Program-made: the position numbers and the translations under genes
Notes under the pieces: model-generated
Told to the model about the DNA's origin: nothing
Database searches by the model: none
What the model saw: the letters and a program-made list of their open reading frames with translations, nothing else
In this document: piece by piece, positions 1 to 13,990 of the stretch
Layout of the letters: every line of letters starts with the position of its first letter
Position numbering within the stretch: the first letter of the stretch is position 1
Assembly (NCBI GenBank): GCA_043228905.1
Contig: JBHGNT010000017.1
Span: forward strand, 6,262,001-6,326,000
Source: Azolla caroliniana
Lineage: Eukaryota; Plantae; Polypodiophyta
Direction: 5' to 3'
DNA length: 64,000 bases

Positions 1-432
1 GCTTGTTGTTTACTTGTGATGTGACTGATATTCCTAATGTTTCACACCATTCTAGGTTTTAGAATGCTCTGTATTTGTACATGTATTCTACGTTTGTCAT
101 TTTTCACCTTTACATGTAAATTTCTAAGAATTTGACGTATTCTGTGTTTTAGAAGTGCCATTTTTCACGTATTGTATGTATTCTAAACATTTGACATATT
201 CTACATATTTAAAAAGTATTTAACATTTCAAAAAAGTTTAGAAGTTTTTAAATTTTTAAATTTACTTTTTTTGAAAAAAACTTTAAATTTTAAAAAAGTA
301 GTTAACGTATTCCACATATTTAAAGTATTCTATATGTATTCTAAGTATTTAACATATTTTATCTGTAAAATACGTATTCTAAGTATTTAAAAGAAGAAGT
401 TAGAATACTTAGCTAAGTATTCTACAACAATG
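1..432. mobile_element. Right end of a probable hAT-like DNA transposon (AT-rich, subterminal GTATTCT repeats)
   Basis: Many GTATTC(T/C)A motifs in 70-425; palindrome AGAATACTTAGCTAAGTATTCT; terminus reads CATTGTTGTAGAATAC on the minus strand (CA(G/T)TGTT-type hAT end). The other end is outside the window. Confidence 0.4.
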
Positions 433-849
433 TTCCGCACCATAAGCACATCTATTATAGGCACAACCATAATAAGGGTTGTCCCAATCCCCCAAAGGAT
501 TAGAAGTATGTAATCATCCCTTCTTTACACGCTCGATTAACCCTCACACTCTTATCCACAGTGTGTGTAGAATACTAATTGTTCAAACTACCACGGGAAA
601 AATTATGGTTATGCCCTGTAAGAACATCTCATCTAGATGTTAAATTTTTATCCAGTCCATTTATCATCACAAACCTTTATCGAATTCTTCTTCTGGTTCC
701 GCATTTCACATATCTATGTAGTAAAAAGTGAAAATATATTCTATCATAGCATTCCATCAACATCCAATCACTTAAGGAACAAGGGGTTTTTATTTGGATT
801 TTCTATGAGATGCATTGTTTATAGGACACTCATATCACAGTTCGCCATA

Positions 850-1103
850 GCACCATAATCGACATCCAACCATGAATAAATTGGTGTTGAGATCCCGGAT
901 TTGTTTAAGAGATATGTTTAGAAAAGGCATGCCATTCCCAAGTCCTTGCATTCGGAAATCTATTGCAATGGAAACCGCACCATAATCGACATCCAACCAT
1001 GAATAAATTGGTGTTGAGATCCCGGATTTGTTTAAGAGATATGTTTAGAAAAGGCATGCCATTCCCAAGTCCTTGCATTCGGAAATCTATTGCAATGGAA
1101 ACC
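850..1103. repeat. 127-bp tandem duplication (2 copies)
   Basis: 850-976 and 977-1103 both read GCACCATAATCGACATCC...GCAATGGAAACC; no differences seen by eye. Confidence 0.95.
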
Positions 1104-3259
1104 TACTACTGTTCACATACTCATGCCCATAAGAATATAGTCATCTACGAAAAAGCAATTATCCCAAAGTTCTGAATATGGAATACTGTACATTCATGCC
1201 AAACAACATGCCACAGTATTTACTAGAACCCATAAAAAGACAGTGTTTATCCAGCCATCCTTATAATATATCAGAAAACCTAGAACTTCCCGGTTACCTT
1301 CTAGGAGAAGGAAATTGACATAATATTGTAGCATAAGAGTTTCCTTTTACCCATACCTTTGGATTCAAGCACGAACAAAGCTCCTGCATCAGAATCAGCT
1401 TCCTTGCTGCCCGACTTGTTGTGAAGCTCGACAGTATAGAGAGAGTGATCACCATTCTGTGAATGTGGAGGTTTCATGGCTCCCCTGCTCTTCTTTCTCC
1501 TGCTTCTTCCTCTTCCTCTTCCTTCTTCCTTCTTCTTTTTCTACCTCCTTCTTATCTCAGTATTTAATATTATAAGTGAATCAAAAAGTCTCCTCTTCTT
1601 CTTTTTTGAATTCATGTCACCTCTCTTAATTATTTCTCCCATCTCTATTATTATTTCGATTATTATTATTATCATTACATATTATTATTTCTATTAAGTT
1701 AATATTATTTAATAATTTAATTCTTTTTAAAATTTTCTTTTTAACTTTTTTTAATCCTCGGAAGACCCCGCCCTTGATCATGATCTGTTTTCATGGCTGT
1801 CTTAATTCATCGGCCGGCCGACACGTTTCTACATACGTACGTACGTGTATATGTACATACATAGAGACATGCAATAGACACATACATACATATGGCCCCT
1901 AGCTTATCCGCGTATTGCGAACTAAACCCTAAACCCCCTTGCAATTAGGCAATGGCCACATCGAATGTTCCAATCGACCGTTACAAACTATCATGGATTA
2001 AGAATCTACATATTTGATATAATTAATCTAGGTTTTAGTTAAACCATGTGTTTCGTGAGTAATGGAGGACTTTAATTTAAGTCAATACACTCGACGGAAT
2101 ATTGAAGCCTAGCTCAATCATAATGAGTTGACAAGATGAGATACACTTTTGCGTGCAATGTTGGATAAAAGAGGATTTGATATGCAACCTACCATTCGAG
2201 TGACATACGGTTGACATAAACGATTTGATGTGCAACCTACAATTTAAAAGCACTTGTGTTCATCTTTAAATCATGTCAATCCTCACAAAATGACAAATTG
2301 CTAAGTTCTAGCATGGGGATTCCATTGTCTTCGGAGTACTTTTGTTAATTGTCTTAAAGCTCAAACATATTGAAGTCATTTTCAAAAATCATCATCACTT
2401 GCTAGAGAAAAAACGCATTGTACAATGTATAAAAAATACATAAAGCCATTTAATATTACAAATGTCATCAACATTATGTTATTAACCCATGTAATATTAC
2501 ACACGTTTAAAGTCATCAACATTATGTTATTAACCAATATAATGTTACACATGTTTAAAGTCATCACCATTATGTGTATGTGTATGTGTATGTGTACCAA
2601 TGTGTATTTCAGTCTATGTTAATTAGTGTGTATGTGCTCCCTAATTTTTGTGTGTTTTTATATCATTAATTAACCTTAATACTAGCCCTAAACCTAGCTA
2701 TGTATGTGCATGTGTGACTATTTGTCAAATGTGTTTGCATATATGTTAATTTTTGTGAATGTTAATTTCTGTGTGTGTAAAAACCCACATAACCCTAATC
2801 CTACCCTGAACGTACTTGTGGATAGTTGAGGGGAGGCGTTCAATGTTGCTCTACTGCTCTTCTTCGATGGCCAGACAAAGGGTTGATATCTGAAAAGGGG
2901 GAGTATGATAATTTTTTTGAAAAAAAATTGGAGAGCATGTCACTATGCGATGTCATTGCTAGGCACTTTGTTATGCAACCCATTTAAAATGACGCAATTA
3001 AGCAAAAACATGGGCATCCACCCATCTTGTTATAGAGCTTTTATAAGCATCTAGAGCTCTTCATGCAAATAAAAATTGTATCTGTTTTTATCATGCATCT
3101 CCTTTTTCACTTTCGTATGCACCTCCACTTATCTTCCTCAAGCGCGTTATTTGGGCAAAATGTCAATGTTAGTGTCCATCTATTCACATTCCTCCCATTC
3201 ATCCTATTGATGTATGCGTGATCTCTTACAGTCTAGACAATATTCAAACCCCTGACCTT

Positions 3260-4545
3260 CTTTTTTTTCCAAATAAACACTACTTCACATTAGTTGGCAA
3301 ATGAAGTACATCAAAGTTCAACCATATTCAGCAAAACTTACACTTCTCCACACAAAACTAAACATAATCCCCACCTCGTCATTTTCAACAAAAGTATCCC
3401 ATCAACTCTTTTTACATGGTAACTTGTACTAGAACTATACATATTTACATCTCATGTCCACTAGTGGAAGCCATTGGTGGGAACAACCATCTCGATGCTT
3501 GGTAGTTCCATTTAGGCCTTGATGATGATTTTACCATCATAGGAGAACCACCCCATTTCAGCAAAGACTTTGATCGAGCCCTTTCTGCTTCATCCGAGTG
3601 CCCTTCAATCGAGTCGTATTGTCCGCGCAACCAAGATACCAGCTCGAACCAAATGTTTATCAACACCTCACCGGTTGGGAGCTTTCTTTGCTAAAAAACA
3701 AACATACATCGTCTGGTCCAGATGTGCTAGACCGATAAGCATGCCACCAACATCCATATCTCCTAAAAAAACCAAAGTTTGTCCCAGGATTCACTCCAAC
3801 ACATTGGAACTCGTTGCCACCTTGCACTATAAATCCATGACCATGTGGCTTTAACTGTTCCGCTTAGCCTTCCTTTGTTAGCTTCAAACCCTATAAGGAC
3901 TCCCAAACAACTCTCCCATTCACACCGCATGCTGCAACTATCCTAAGACTTCTACCCCAAATGTTGATCACCTTTACACAACATTGAGGTATTGATTCCA
4001 AATAGTGTCCACATAACTTACAACCAGCCTCCGCACCTCGACACCTCAACCACTCCCCTATAGGTAATGCTTTATGGCTAAGAAGCCAGAACCAAACCTT
4101 TATTTTTCTAGCATATCCAACGCCCATAGCCTCCTCCAAAATGACTTCAACAAGTCATCTGATATGCCATTATGCCTCCAACTATTGAGAAACTGAGCAG
4201 CGCCCATTGATTTGGAGCCAATGATTTGCCTTCCTAGCTTAGTACTATATATACTCAAAAAACCCCTCCAATTTGTTTGTTCCCGGTTTCTGCCACCATA
4301 CCTCTAATGGATCCCACTCCAAATCATATAGGGCCTTGTTGTCAAATAGCCATAGTTTACAATCATTATCCAGCTTCCCTGGGTCTGGGTTCACTTACAT
4401 TCCAGCACTACCACCCGCACTAGCAACCACCGACCATTGTTGGCTCTGTGTCTTTTCATCCTTATATCCTATCCTATGTCCTTCTTGTCATACCTTTTCC
4501 CTATCCTTCAATCTTGTATATATCATAACTTTGACTTATTTTCAC
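3260..4545 (-). mobile_element. L1-type LINE 3' fragment (zf-RVT region), degenerate
   Basis: ORF 3891..4139 KIKVWFWLLSHKALPIGEWL...CKLCGHYLESIPQC is zf-RVT-like; A-rich tail at ~3260 on the minus strand. Confidence 0.75.
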
Positions 4546-6660
4546 TCACAATCTTCCCACATCACAATATTGCATATTTTCATGATAGCAGTGTCCCAAG
4601 TAATGCTTAATAGGATATTTATATCATATATTTCCATCATGAAGTATATTCGTCATCCGAATTACATATTAAATGGAGGAATTCTAGCCTCATCTAATGT
4701 ACTAAAAGGAATTTGGAATGTCTCTAGGATGGCAAGGATCCAAGGAAAGTTTCTATTTTTCAACACCCATTGGGAATGCATGTTATGAATGACCAATTGA
4801 TTGAATGGATGTCTAGCAAGTTAAGAGATAAGTTCATGTATTAGAGATCACAATCTTGACAATTTCACATGGTCGTAGGATGTACTTTGGAACACATGAC
4901 ATTATATTACTTGTCATTGTTGCTATGGACAAAGAAAGCTTTGCATTTTGTTTTGCAAACTCTTCGATATTTGCTATGGAGAAAGAGGTATAATATAGGA
5001 ATCAAATGGGGGCTTCTATTCATATGATGTCTCGTATTGCAAGACATGTGTTTAAACTCTCAACCATGGAATCTATCGATTGTTCTATATTTCATTGAGA
5101 ATGAGGGTATAGCACATAATAGGACAATTATTAAGGCTTCATGGTGGCAATTTTTTAACATATATATTCCACTTATGATTCCTCACTCTTCATGTATTCA
5201 ACACTTGGTTATCTCATGGGGTGACACACTCTCGTTAATTCTATGGAAACCATCATCTAGTAGAAAGAATTGGAACTCTTTCACTTACTTGTGTCTTCTC
5301 TGTTATTATGTTGACTTGGAAAAGAGAGATTGTGCTCTCAATTTAATTGAATTTTTCATTTGGGGGTCAAAGAGGTGGGTGACATAGTTGAGGCTTGATC
5401 TCAAAGTATTATGGAGTTTGTTCAAGCACGACAAATGTTATGCATCTCGCCCAATATTTCTATAAAAACAATCATCTAGTAGAGAGAATTGTAATTCTTT
5501 ACAAAAAGAGTTACATATGACTTCTCTATTATTATATTGACTTGGAAATGAGAGATTGCACTTTTAGTTTAATCAATTGTTTCATGTGGGGGTCAAAGAG
5601 GTGGAAGATTTAGTTAAGGCTCGATCTCAATGAATTATGGGGTTTGTTGAAAGGGAACAATTATTATATATCCCCTAGGAATCAACAACGATTCAGTTTA
5701 GGCTTACTTGGTTTAGGGATTCTAAAACCTAAACTAAACCGATCCCTAAATTAGTTTGGGCCTTCATTGGTTTGGCCCAAACTGGTTAAACTCTATATGG
5801 GTGGTTGTTGTCTATAGATTTATGTGTAGGATCTATAATTTCCTTTTCTGGTGATTTGATATTGAAAGAGTAAGAGATCATTTGCTAACCAATGCGAACC
5901 AATGTTTTTTTAGAAAAAAAGAGAGCGTAAGAGATCATTTATCACTAGAATAAGAATGCTAGCACCATTTGAATAACAACCTTTGAATGTTTTGAAAATA
6001 TCTATCCCTTTGTTTTTTGACAAGAGGTTATGCACCATATAAATCCAAGCAATGTCTGTTTGCCTTATCTCCAAGTAGTTATAATAGATACAACATTGTC
6101 CTTTGATGTTATCATAAATGAAAGAAAAAGAAAAAGAAAAAGAAAAAGAAAGAAAGATATATTAACATCATCTTAATGCCAAAATTGGCCCATGAGACAG
6201 TTGGTTTACAACAAAATGGGTATTTATCCAATCATTAGAACTAAAATAAAATAAAGTAAAAGTAACACTTAAACTAAAAGAGTTCTAGTAGTGTACAAAA
6301 CGTGGTATACTCAATAAAAGGAAGTGACTTTGCACTAAGCCTAATTTCATTTTCACCCAAGCCTCTCGAAAAGAAGTGGGAGGTCAAAGGGTTTTGGAGT
6401 GGGTGTGACCCTATGACCCATGGTCTCAGTGTATAGAGTGCCCCAACCATGGCTTCTACCCAGTGTAGCTCACGTTCCCTTATTTTCTTTATTGCTTCTA
6501 CACCACGTCGAGTTGCTTTGAAACCCGACATCTGAGGGCGTTTGGTTCTTCTTTGGTTTTTTGCTTCATCAAGGAAAAGGCCGAGTGGTGCAGGTGTGTT
6601 GACATTCGTTATCTCCCCCTGTTCCTGAAAAACTTCATTTCTTACATGTTGGTGATTTTA

Positions 6661-7025
6661 AACACAAACTCGATACATTGTATCGAGTTTGTGTTGAAAA
6701 GTCAAATTTTTCACACGAACTCGATATAATGTATCCAGTTTGTGTTTAAAAACAAAGTTTTCAACACGAACATGAACTCTATACATTGCATTGAATTGTG
6801 GTGAAAAAACTGGTTTTTTCATAAACTCAAGCTCAAATTTTTTATCTTTTTTATCTTTTTAAATCCGAGAAAAAAACTTTGAACATGAATTTGATACATT
6901 GTATGCAATTGTGATCAAAACTCTATTTTTTACATCAACTTGATACAATGTGGAGTTCATGGTTAGAAATCTTCTTTTTTTTAAATAAAAGAGGTTTAGG
7001 GTTTACATGAACTCGAATTGTACTA
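6661..7025. repeat. Array of palindromic ~25-35-bp repeats (AACTCGATACAWTGTATCGAGTT consensus)
   Basis: Perfect 35-bp palindrome at 6661-6695; degenerate copies at ~6713, 6774, 6886, 6935 and 7007. Confidence 0.8.
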
Positions 7026-8034
7026 AAATCTCAGTTTTAACAAGAGAAAAAGATGCATATCGATATTGCAAAGAAGTATGTTGCACAACAAGACACCTTA
7101 TGGTGAACATGTGCTTCATTGATTAACAAAAAACCATTAATAATTGTGTTGATGGTAATTGAACCTTGCAAATGCCATTTACGTGGTCTATGAAATATTC
7201 TCGTGGTTCTTAATCACCACTTCAAGCACTTAATGTTGATCTTCATAGTTTGGTTAATCTACAACAGAGAAACATTTATGTGGAACTAAGGATGATAACA
7301 TGAGCATAACTCAGGTGACAAGGAAACTTGCAAGAACTCAAGGTGGGGATATTAATAGCTACACATTGATATGGCCATGACCTAGGGCACCAATTTTACA
7401 TTGGTAAAGTTTTGGATGTGGTAATGCATTAAACTTTTGTAATACATCTATCATTGACATTAGTGAGGTGGATATCATTGTGTATGACTTTACACTAACA
7501 AAAGTTGGATGTTTAAGGATGATAACGATAGACATAATAAAAAAGATATTACTAAGACTAGAAGATATCTTAGATTGAAGGCCAACAAGATTTAGTGCAC
7601 ACAATTTGGAGACACCATTTAGTGAAGACAATCATTTGATTGGTACATTTGAAAATGAGGAGGAAGAGTCACAATTGTATATTAGGTATAGTAGTGATTC
7701 TCATGAAAGGAATGATGATAGTGATGCAAATAACTCCTAAATGTATCGAATGAAATAAAAAAGTTGATTGTTTTGAAATCTTTCGCTTATGATTTCGTTA
7801 GGATCTCAAACGTTACTAGTTGTAATTTCTCCTTAAAAATACACAAACTTACTTTTTGTATTTGGCCAACTTTTAGCATTTTTCAATTTTACCAAATGGT
7901 GAAAATTTTAGTTTTTTCATCAAGTTTTTGAGAACATGTGATACTGGTATCAAAGTGTTTTGTGAAATGGCCAAAAAAGCCCCAAAATCAGACGGAATAT
8001 TCCTTATTTTTCCATTTGTACGTGATCCTTCCAC

Positions 8035-8620
8035 TTGTGAATGTGAACGTGTTGAACATTAGCAACATTATTGTCAGCATTTTTGTAACTTATTCTCTCT
8101 GTGTTGTTTTAGCTCTAGGATGTATTTGCCTAATTTCTTTATATCAAGAATATCTAATCGTTTGGGGAAGGTAGGAGAGGAACCAAGTATCTCTTGGTAT
8201 TTTGCCCTTATCTCGGCGTAGGTGGGACACTTGCATGTAAAGTGGTACTCATCCTCTATCTCTATGTGGCATAACCTATATATCCTTTCCTCCCTAGGGA
8301 CTCCATTAGTACGACCATTCTTAATTTCAAGTTGGTGAGATGATATTCTAAGTTGTCCAATGGCAACCCTTAGTGCATGTGGTAAGAATACATCTAGATA
8401 TTTTGGTCGCGTAATAAAACCTAACTTAGAGAAGTGCATGAAGTGTTCCTTATAGTACAACATTTTAGATGGGAGTAGCTCTAGTGGGGTGATCCATTTA
8501 TACCAAGTGTAAATTTGCCAAGAGTTTGTACCTCATCAAGTAGTGTGTTGTACATATAGCCTTCTTCCAAACAACACATGCCACACCTCTCTTTTTACTT
8601 GTTCTATTAAGATGTTAATT
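8035..8620 (-). mobile_element. RTE-X/CR1-L2-like LINE 3' fragment
   Basis: ORF 8074..8463: LRISSHQLEIKNGR...PREERIYRLCHIEIEDEYHFTCKCPTYAEIR, the C-terminal Zn-finger motif of this LINE group; short TTCACA-repeat tail. Confidence 0.75.
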
Positions 8621-10804
8621 ATTTGAGTGCTGCTTTATTTACAAAACTTATATGAAATAGAAAAGATTCTACAATATCTTATTGGAATAAAATGAAGAAA
8701 CACAAAAAATCTCGTAAAATAAGACCTCTTTCATGAATCAATCACGCCAATAGAGGAGACAAAGAACATGAAAGATAACAATTGATGAAGTAAACCATAT
8801 TTCTCTACAAGATTCTGAATATTTACCATTTCTATATAGGAATATTATCTTTAGAAAGTTTCAATTGATATAAAGTAGATGTCCTGCTCTGATGAGATAT
8901 TGATGCATCAACTAAAAAATGCTATTTGATAAATTTCTATTGTTTGTTACTATAAAATTTAGGATATTTGGATACACTCAAGATAAATGAAATTACACTT
9001 TAAATGAGATATAAGTCTAATGATTCCACAATAAAACTATTATGACTCACAACAATCATAGAGTATGGGGAAACACCATGGACATCTTGTACCTGAATTT
9101 ACTGAAATATTTTCACAACAAATGACTATGAATAATGGGAGAAATGTCATGCAACAATGAAAAGACAATAGTAGTACTAGAAAACGAGAATGGATTGATC
9201 AAAATAGCAATTCTAAGGCCATGAAAACACCTCTTGATGTTGTCCATGTTCAAACTTGTCATGGGCAATCTATAGATAGCCATAGCTTGGTTGAGAGGGT
9301 TATTTTCTCTCTTTAAACCCTTCCTTTCATTCTCCCTATCTCTAACTCTTCAATGATGGTTTAGCTAAGAGGTGTATGCATGGATGCATAGATGAAAGGA
9401 TGTGCACATGGGTGCATTCAAAAGTAAAAGGCGGTAATTACTACTCGGTTTGCTATCATTAGAAGGTGTGCAGGTTGCAACTCAAGAATCATAGGAGGTG
9501 CTTTGAGCTCGATAGAAGGAGGTGGTCATTGCTACACAAAAGGCGTTGTTGTGCATTGTGCATGCTCTAACTCTTTCTTTCACTCCCCCCTCCCCCCCCC
9601 CCTCTAATGTTTGTGTCCAAGAGTCAACTCTCAACTTCTAACTTCCAACCCAATTAACACTCGTGAAAAGTTAAAATGATATGACCGGTTTGGGCCGATT
9701 TAATAGGCTCAAGCTTATATGAACCAAACTCAAAACCGTTTAAAGAGGCTCAAGCCTTAGTCGAGTCAAACTGAACCGCTAATCAACCAAACCATTTTAA
9801 ACCAAATTAACGACTCATTTTAGGCTTAAGTCAAGCCGTTGTCAACTCCTAGTATCTCCCCTACTTATGGGTTTATCTAGCAATACTACAAACTATTTCA
9901 ATAATGCAAGAGCAATTGTAAGTTTGTTGGCGTTTAGGGGGTCAAACACTATTTTCACAAGTGGCTACCAAGCTCTTGTATCATTGCTTCATTGAGTCTC
10001 TCTAATAATTATCATCTAAGGTTGAACAAGAATAGAAAGTACATAACTCTGATTATGGATAGTGGTGGATCTTAAAACATAGTTGTCATTCTAAATTGCC
10101 ACATGTAACGAGAGTTTTGATTGAGGGTTTGCTTTGAGATTAGCTCTAAAGCTTCATGGATGCTTCTTTTGCACTATTCAAGTGGAAGATGTTAATCATT
10201 GTTTCATACAATGTTTGAATTCTTTTTAAATTTGGAGTTATATTTCTCAAATATGAAAAGTTTTGTCATGATGTTATTTGATGCCAAGACAATGGGGTTT
10301 GAACAATTCACATAGGTTCACCCAAAATCAGACAGAGATCATTTTCTTATTTCTGAGGTCTTGGGTAGTGCATCATAATTGGGATGTGCATAATGCTTTT
10401 GTATTTGATGGTAGGCGTGAAATCAAAGCATACCTACAAAAGTTAGAGTACTAATGTGAAATTTTCCTTTATTTAAACAAATAAAATTTATTTCCTCAAT
10501 GCAATGTAGTGTTCATCTTGCCTATTTTTATTTTTATTTCAAGAAAGATACACCTTAGTATATTACTTTAGAAATGTACATATAGAAAACATAAGGAGAC
10601 ATTTTATCTCACCTCTATTGTAAGACAAAAACTACTACCAACAATATCTGATCAAATAGATGATATCATATAAGAAATGAATGGAGCACAATCTACAAGC
10701 TATGCAATAAAAAAGAAGGTATGACATAATTCCACTTCATACTAGAAGTTGTATCTGAAAATAAGTGAAGCCCTCGCCACCATTTCTTAAAGTCCACTTG
10801 ACGT

Positions 10805-11595
10805 TGTCGTGCCTTTCGGCTCCGGATCGTTGCGTGAGTCGGGTGGGAACCGCCGAGGTTTTGGACTAGGAGAAAGAAGAATATGAGATGAGGCTAGTAA
10901 TGAATAGATTATTAGAAAGAGAGATAGAAATTTCGTGAATCCCACGAGTGTATTGTATTCGATTAATCAATATTTAGATAAGAATATGTATTTAGATTGA
11001 AAGAAAGATATAAGAAACTTGTGAATCCCACAAGTATAGATTATATTATTTTCGTGAATCCCACGATTATATTAATCGGTTGGTGTTTTCGGAAATATAT
11101 CCAATTTCCAAATATTTCACACGCCTATTACATTGTGCTCCCCATCCTTATGTAGTGATGGGAGAGACTAAGCATAGCTACATGCTTTTTTTTCTAATAT
11201 GTTCATGCACACTAAATGTGCATGTGATGCTTTTCTAATCCTTGCTTTTATTTGCTAAATATAGTGCTCATGCACGCTAGATGTGCATGAGTCACTTTTT
11301 AGTTGCTTGCGTTTTTCTATAAAATATTCACGCACTCTAAAAATGCACGATTTACCTTTTTAATAAAGGTAGGCGCAAATAAAGCAGTTATAGTTATTAA
11401 ATCTATTTATAGAACACTAAAGATAAGGTAGCATAATGGTAAAGTTGAGGTTTGGCTATGTGGAGGTACAAGGTTTGAATCTTGCCCTATGCACGTGATA
11501 AATATCTTGATATATTATTTTATTTATTTATATGTAATTAAATCGGTTATATTATTTTTTACTTTTTCACGTAGTGTACGAAATACACTACGACA
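10805..11595 (-). mobile_element. Solo LTR, tRNA-Trp Ty3/gypsy lineage (same subfamily as LTR 47491-48138)
   Basis: TGTCGT...ACGACA termini; clear homology to 47491-48138; 4-bp TSD ACGT (10801-10804 / 11596-11599). Confidence 0.92.
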
Positions 11596-12203
11596 ACGTT
11601 GCCTTTGAGCATTAGTTGAACCCTACAGATCATCATATTGCCCACGTATGGTATGGACAAATAAGTGTTTATCTTGTCTATTGCCAATAATATGTTCCAC
11701 TTCTCATGTAGTGGTGAGTCATACGTAGTATACTTGAATGCATTGGCAAACATTCTTTTTCATAAATGAATGCATATGTTATCAAAACATTCTTATGTTT
11801 TTTTTTAACACTTTTTAGCTTAACTTTCTTACCATTATTTTTTTATTAAAATTTACCTTATAATAAATAACGAATACAAAAATATGGTATTTACCATACT
11901 TCGGGGGTGTTTACCATACTAGAATGATTCAAACATTCTCGATTGCGAATGCACGTATGGTTCATGCTATGGTGGTGTCTGTACTCCATTATGATACCCA
12001 TTGTAAATAGTATTTCTTTTACATATATTAATAAATTTGTATACCTTCACTAGAGAGAGGGGGGGGGGGGGGAGGGGAGGAAGAGGGAGATTGTGCTAGA
12101 AACACCGGGACAATTGAAACAGGTAATATGTCACATTTCCTCTTTTATATTTACGTGAGATGTCAAGAAATACCTTTTTTAAGCGAACTTTCAAGAACAT
12201 TTG

Positions 12204-12780
12204 TGAAAGTTAATGTGAGGAAGCTTAGATAAACCAGCTCAGCCGGATAACAAATGAAAATAGAACTAAAGTTTAATGGAAAGCTTAAATTACACACAAA
12301 TAGAGTATGTGGGAGAGACAGAGAGAGTAGAACAACATAAAACTCAAATTACAAAATATTACTCTGTCTCTATACAATGAGCTAAATGAGCATTTTTATA
12401 CAAGTCCTTAAAAGGACTGACAGAAGTACTGATAAGTACTTCAATGCTTGTACTGAGCTACTGACACTAACTTCTAGGATAACTACCTAGTCTAGGAGTG
12501 TAGACCTCCAACGGCCTACCGGTTCGCACGTGGGTCCAACTCTCCGATCTGGCCCTCTTCTCCGAACACCGATCCAGCTCTGATTTTGGATATTGATCCG
12601 GATCTGGCTTACTTAGCTGATCCGGATTAGCCGCTTAACACTCCCCCTCAAGCTCAACTTGAGGTCGGATCTCAATGTCAGTCTTTGTCGATCCTTGTTG
12701 TCGGCTTTTCCTGGCTGTTTTGGATATTTGTTTTGCAGTTGGTGTGGTGAGTCGATTCAGCAACAAGCCGAAGGAGACTC
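12204..12780 (-). mobile_element. Ty1/copia 3' LTR (~12204-12640) with PPT and short 3' internal remnant
   Basis: Similar to the LTRs at 26415 and 28921; ends TTAACA followed by CTCCCCCTCAAG (PPT, minus strand). Confidence 0.75.
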
Positions 12781-12789
12781 ATTCGAAAT

Positions 12790-13990
12790 CGCACCATGTG
12801 CATTAAAGTACATTGTGGGTACTTTAAATAACGGAATCTCCTACATGCCAACAATTGACAAACTTAGTGGGTATTGTGACTTTGATTGGGCTAGAGATAG
12901 TGATTCCAGTAAATCAGTTTCTAGATGTTGTTTTTCAATAGGCTCTAGAGTTGTTTCATGTAGTAAAAAACAACCAACAGTGACACTATCTTCAACGGAG
13001 CCAGAATACAAAGCAGCATGCATAGTGGCATGTGAGGTAGTTTCGCTAAGAAGAATCCTTCTGGATGTGGCGGTTCCAATAAGGACGACAATGGTATTGA
13101 TGTGTGCCAATCAGAGTTGCATGGCCATTGCCAAGAACCTCGTATTTCATGCATGAACTAAACACACACAGATTCAGTATCACTATGTGCGGGAGCTAAT
13201 AAATGATGAGATTGTGGAGCTTGAGTATTGTTCGACATTAGAAAATGTTGCGAATATCTTCACAAAGGTGCTTGTAGTAGAACAGCTACAACAACACCTT
13301 CGACGACTAGGAGTTCGCCCAATTCTAAGTGAAGTCAATGGGTTGACCATTGAGGGGACATGTTAGATATAATCAATGATCAGCCCCAAGTTGTAAATCT
13401 ATCCCCATATGTGCTCTTAGAGTGCACATTTTGTGATAGTGCCCCAAATGAGGAGCGGCTAGTGTGCAACTCGAACATATGGGTCGATAAGGTGTTAATC
13501 TAGGAAACTTTAGATGTGTAGGACACAATGGATTTAGGAAAGAGCGAAATAGGTAATAGGATTAGGTAATCAAGTCAACTAGAATATTTTGTGAGCAAGT
13601 TACATGTACTTAGTCTTGAAGTATGTGCCATTGACTTCAAGATAAGTACTATCTACCACTAGCCTGTATCTAGGGAGTTGGGTCATATTAAATTACAAGT
13701 CAATTGACAGAAAAGGAATATCTCCACTACCATTAACTAACTTGCACATTTAATGTTATACTCAGACCAAACATAGAATATAATCCACTTTCTTGCACAG
13801 TGGTTGGATTGATCATCAGTCCCCACTAAATTTGTATTGAGCTAGTCCAGATCCCATCTAAGCTCTAAGTGCATGGGTGAACTACCATTGTGAGCTACTC
13901 TCATATGTAATAGAAGTTTTATTTTCATATATCCATCTCTGTGGTTGTAACTCTATATACCTATCTAATAGACTCTCAATATGTCTAACA
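12790..13990 (+). mobile_element. Ty1/copia RNase H fragment, PPT and 3' LTR (13361-13990)
   Basis: GYCDFDWARDSDSSKSVS...SKKQPTVTLSSTEPEYKA...NLVFHA; PPT TGAGGGGACA; LTR TGTTAGA...TCTAACA. Confidence 0.88.

Larger units (their letters stand above)
5676..9851. mobile_element. Non-autonomous hAT-like DNA transposon carrying cargo
   Basis: TIRs TAGGAATCAACAACG (5676) and CGTTGTCAACTCCTA (ends 9851), 12/15 match; 8-bp flanks ATATCCCC / GTATCTCC (6/8); AACCG/CGGTT-like subterminal motifs at both ends. Confidence 0.7.
4600..10620 (+). mobile_element. Old L1-type LINE ORF2 3' half, split by the hAT-like insertion at 5676-9851
   Basis: Degenerate translation YYLSLLLWTKKALHFVLQTLRYLLWRK (~4905-4990) upstream of the insertion; CFFCTIQVEDVNHCFIQC (~10160-10215) and WDVHNAFVFDG (~10380-10412) downstream, typical zf-RVT/C-terminal motifs. 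Includes a diverged ~220-bp tandem duplication (5250-5460 / 5470-5675). Confidence 0.65.

Noticed and set aside
1476-2622. Short ORFs in low-complexity DNA
   Set aside because: Derived from CTT, ATT and ATGTGT microsatellites and a ~47-bp repeat.
5037-5387. ORF with ASWWQFF...SSSRKNWNSF resembling a hAT dimerisation domain
   Set aside because: Flanking sequence carries co-linear L1 ORF2 motifs on the same strand; the resemblance is short and probably chance.
5943-6293. Mini CACTA element (CACTA...TAGTG)
   Set aside because: TIR match barely extends beyond 5 bp and the 3-bp flanks differ (TAT/TAC); not listed as a feature.
6661-7025. Spaced palindromic repeats as a CRISPR array
   Set aside because: Eukaryotic context, degenerate repeats, irregular low-complexity spacers, no cas genes.
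11420-11495. Genuine tRNA gene
   Set aside because: No convincing acceptor or anticodon stems; lies inside an LTR; reported only as a tRNA-like cassette.
12057-12090. Poly-G tract (and poly-C at 9584-9603) as functional G-quadruplexes
   Set aside because: Simple homopolymers with no supporting context.
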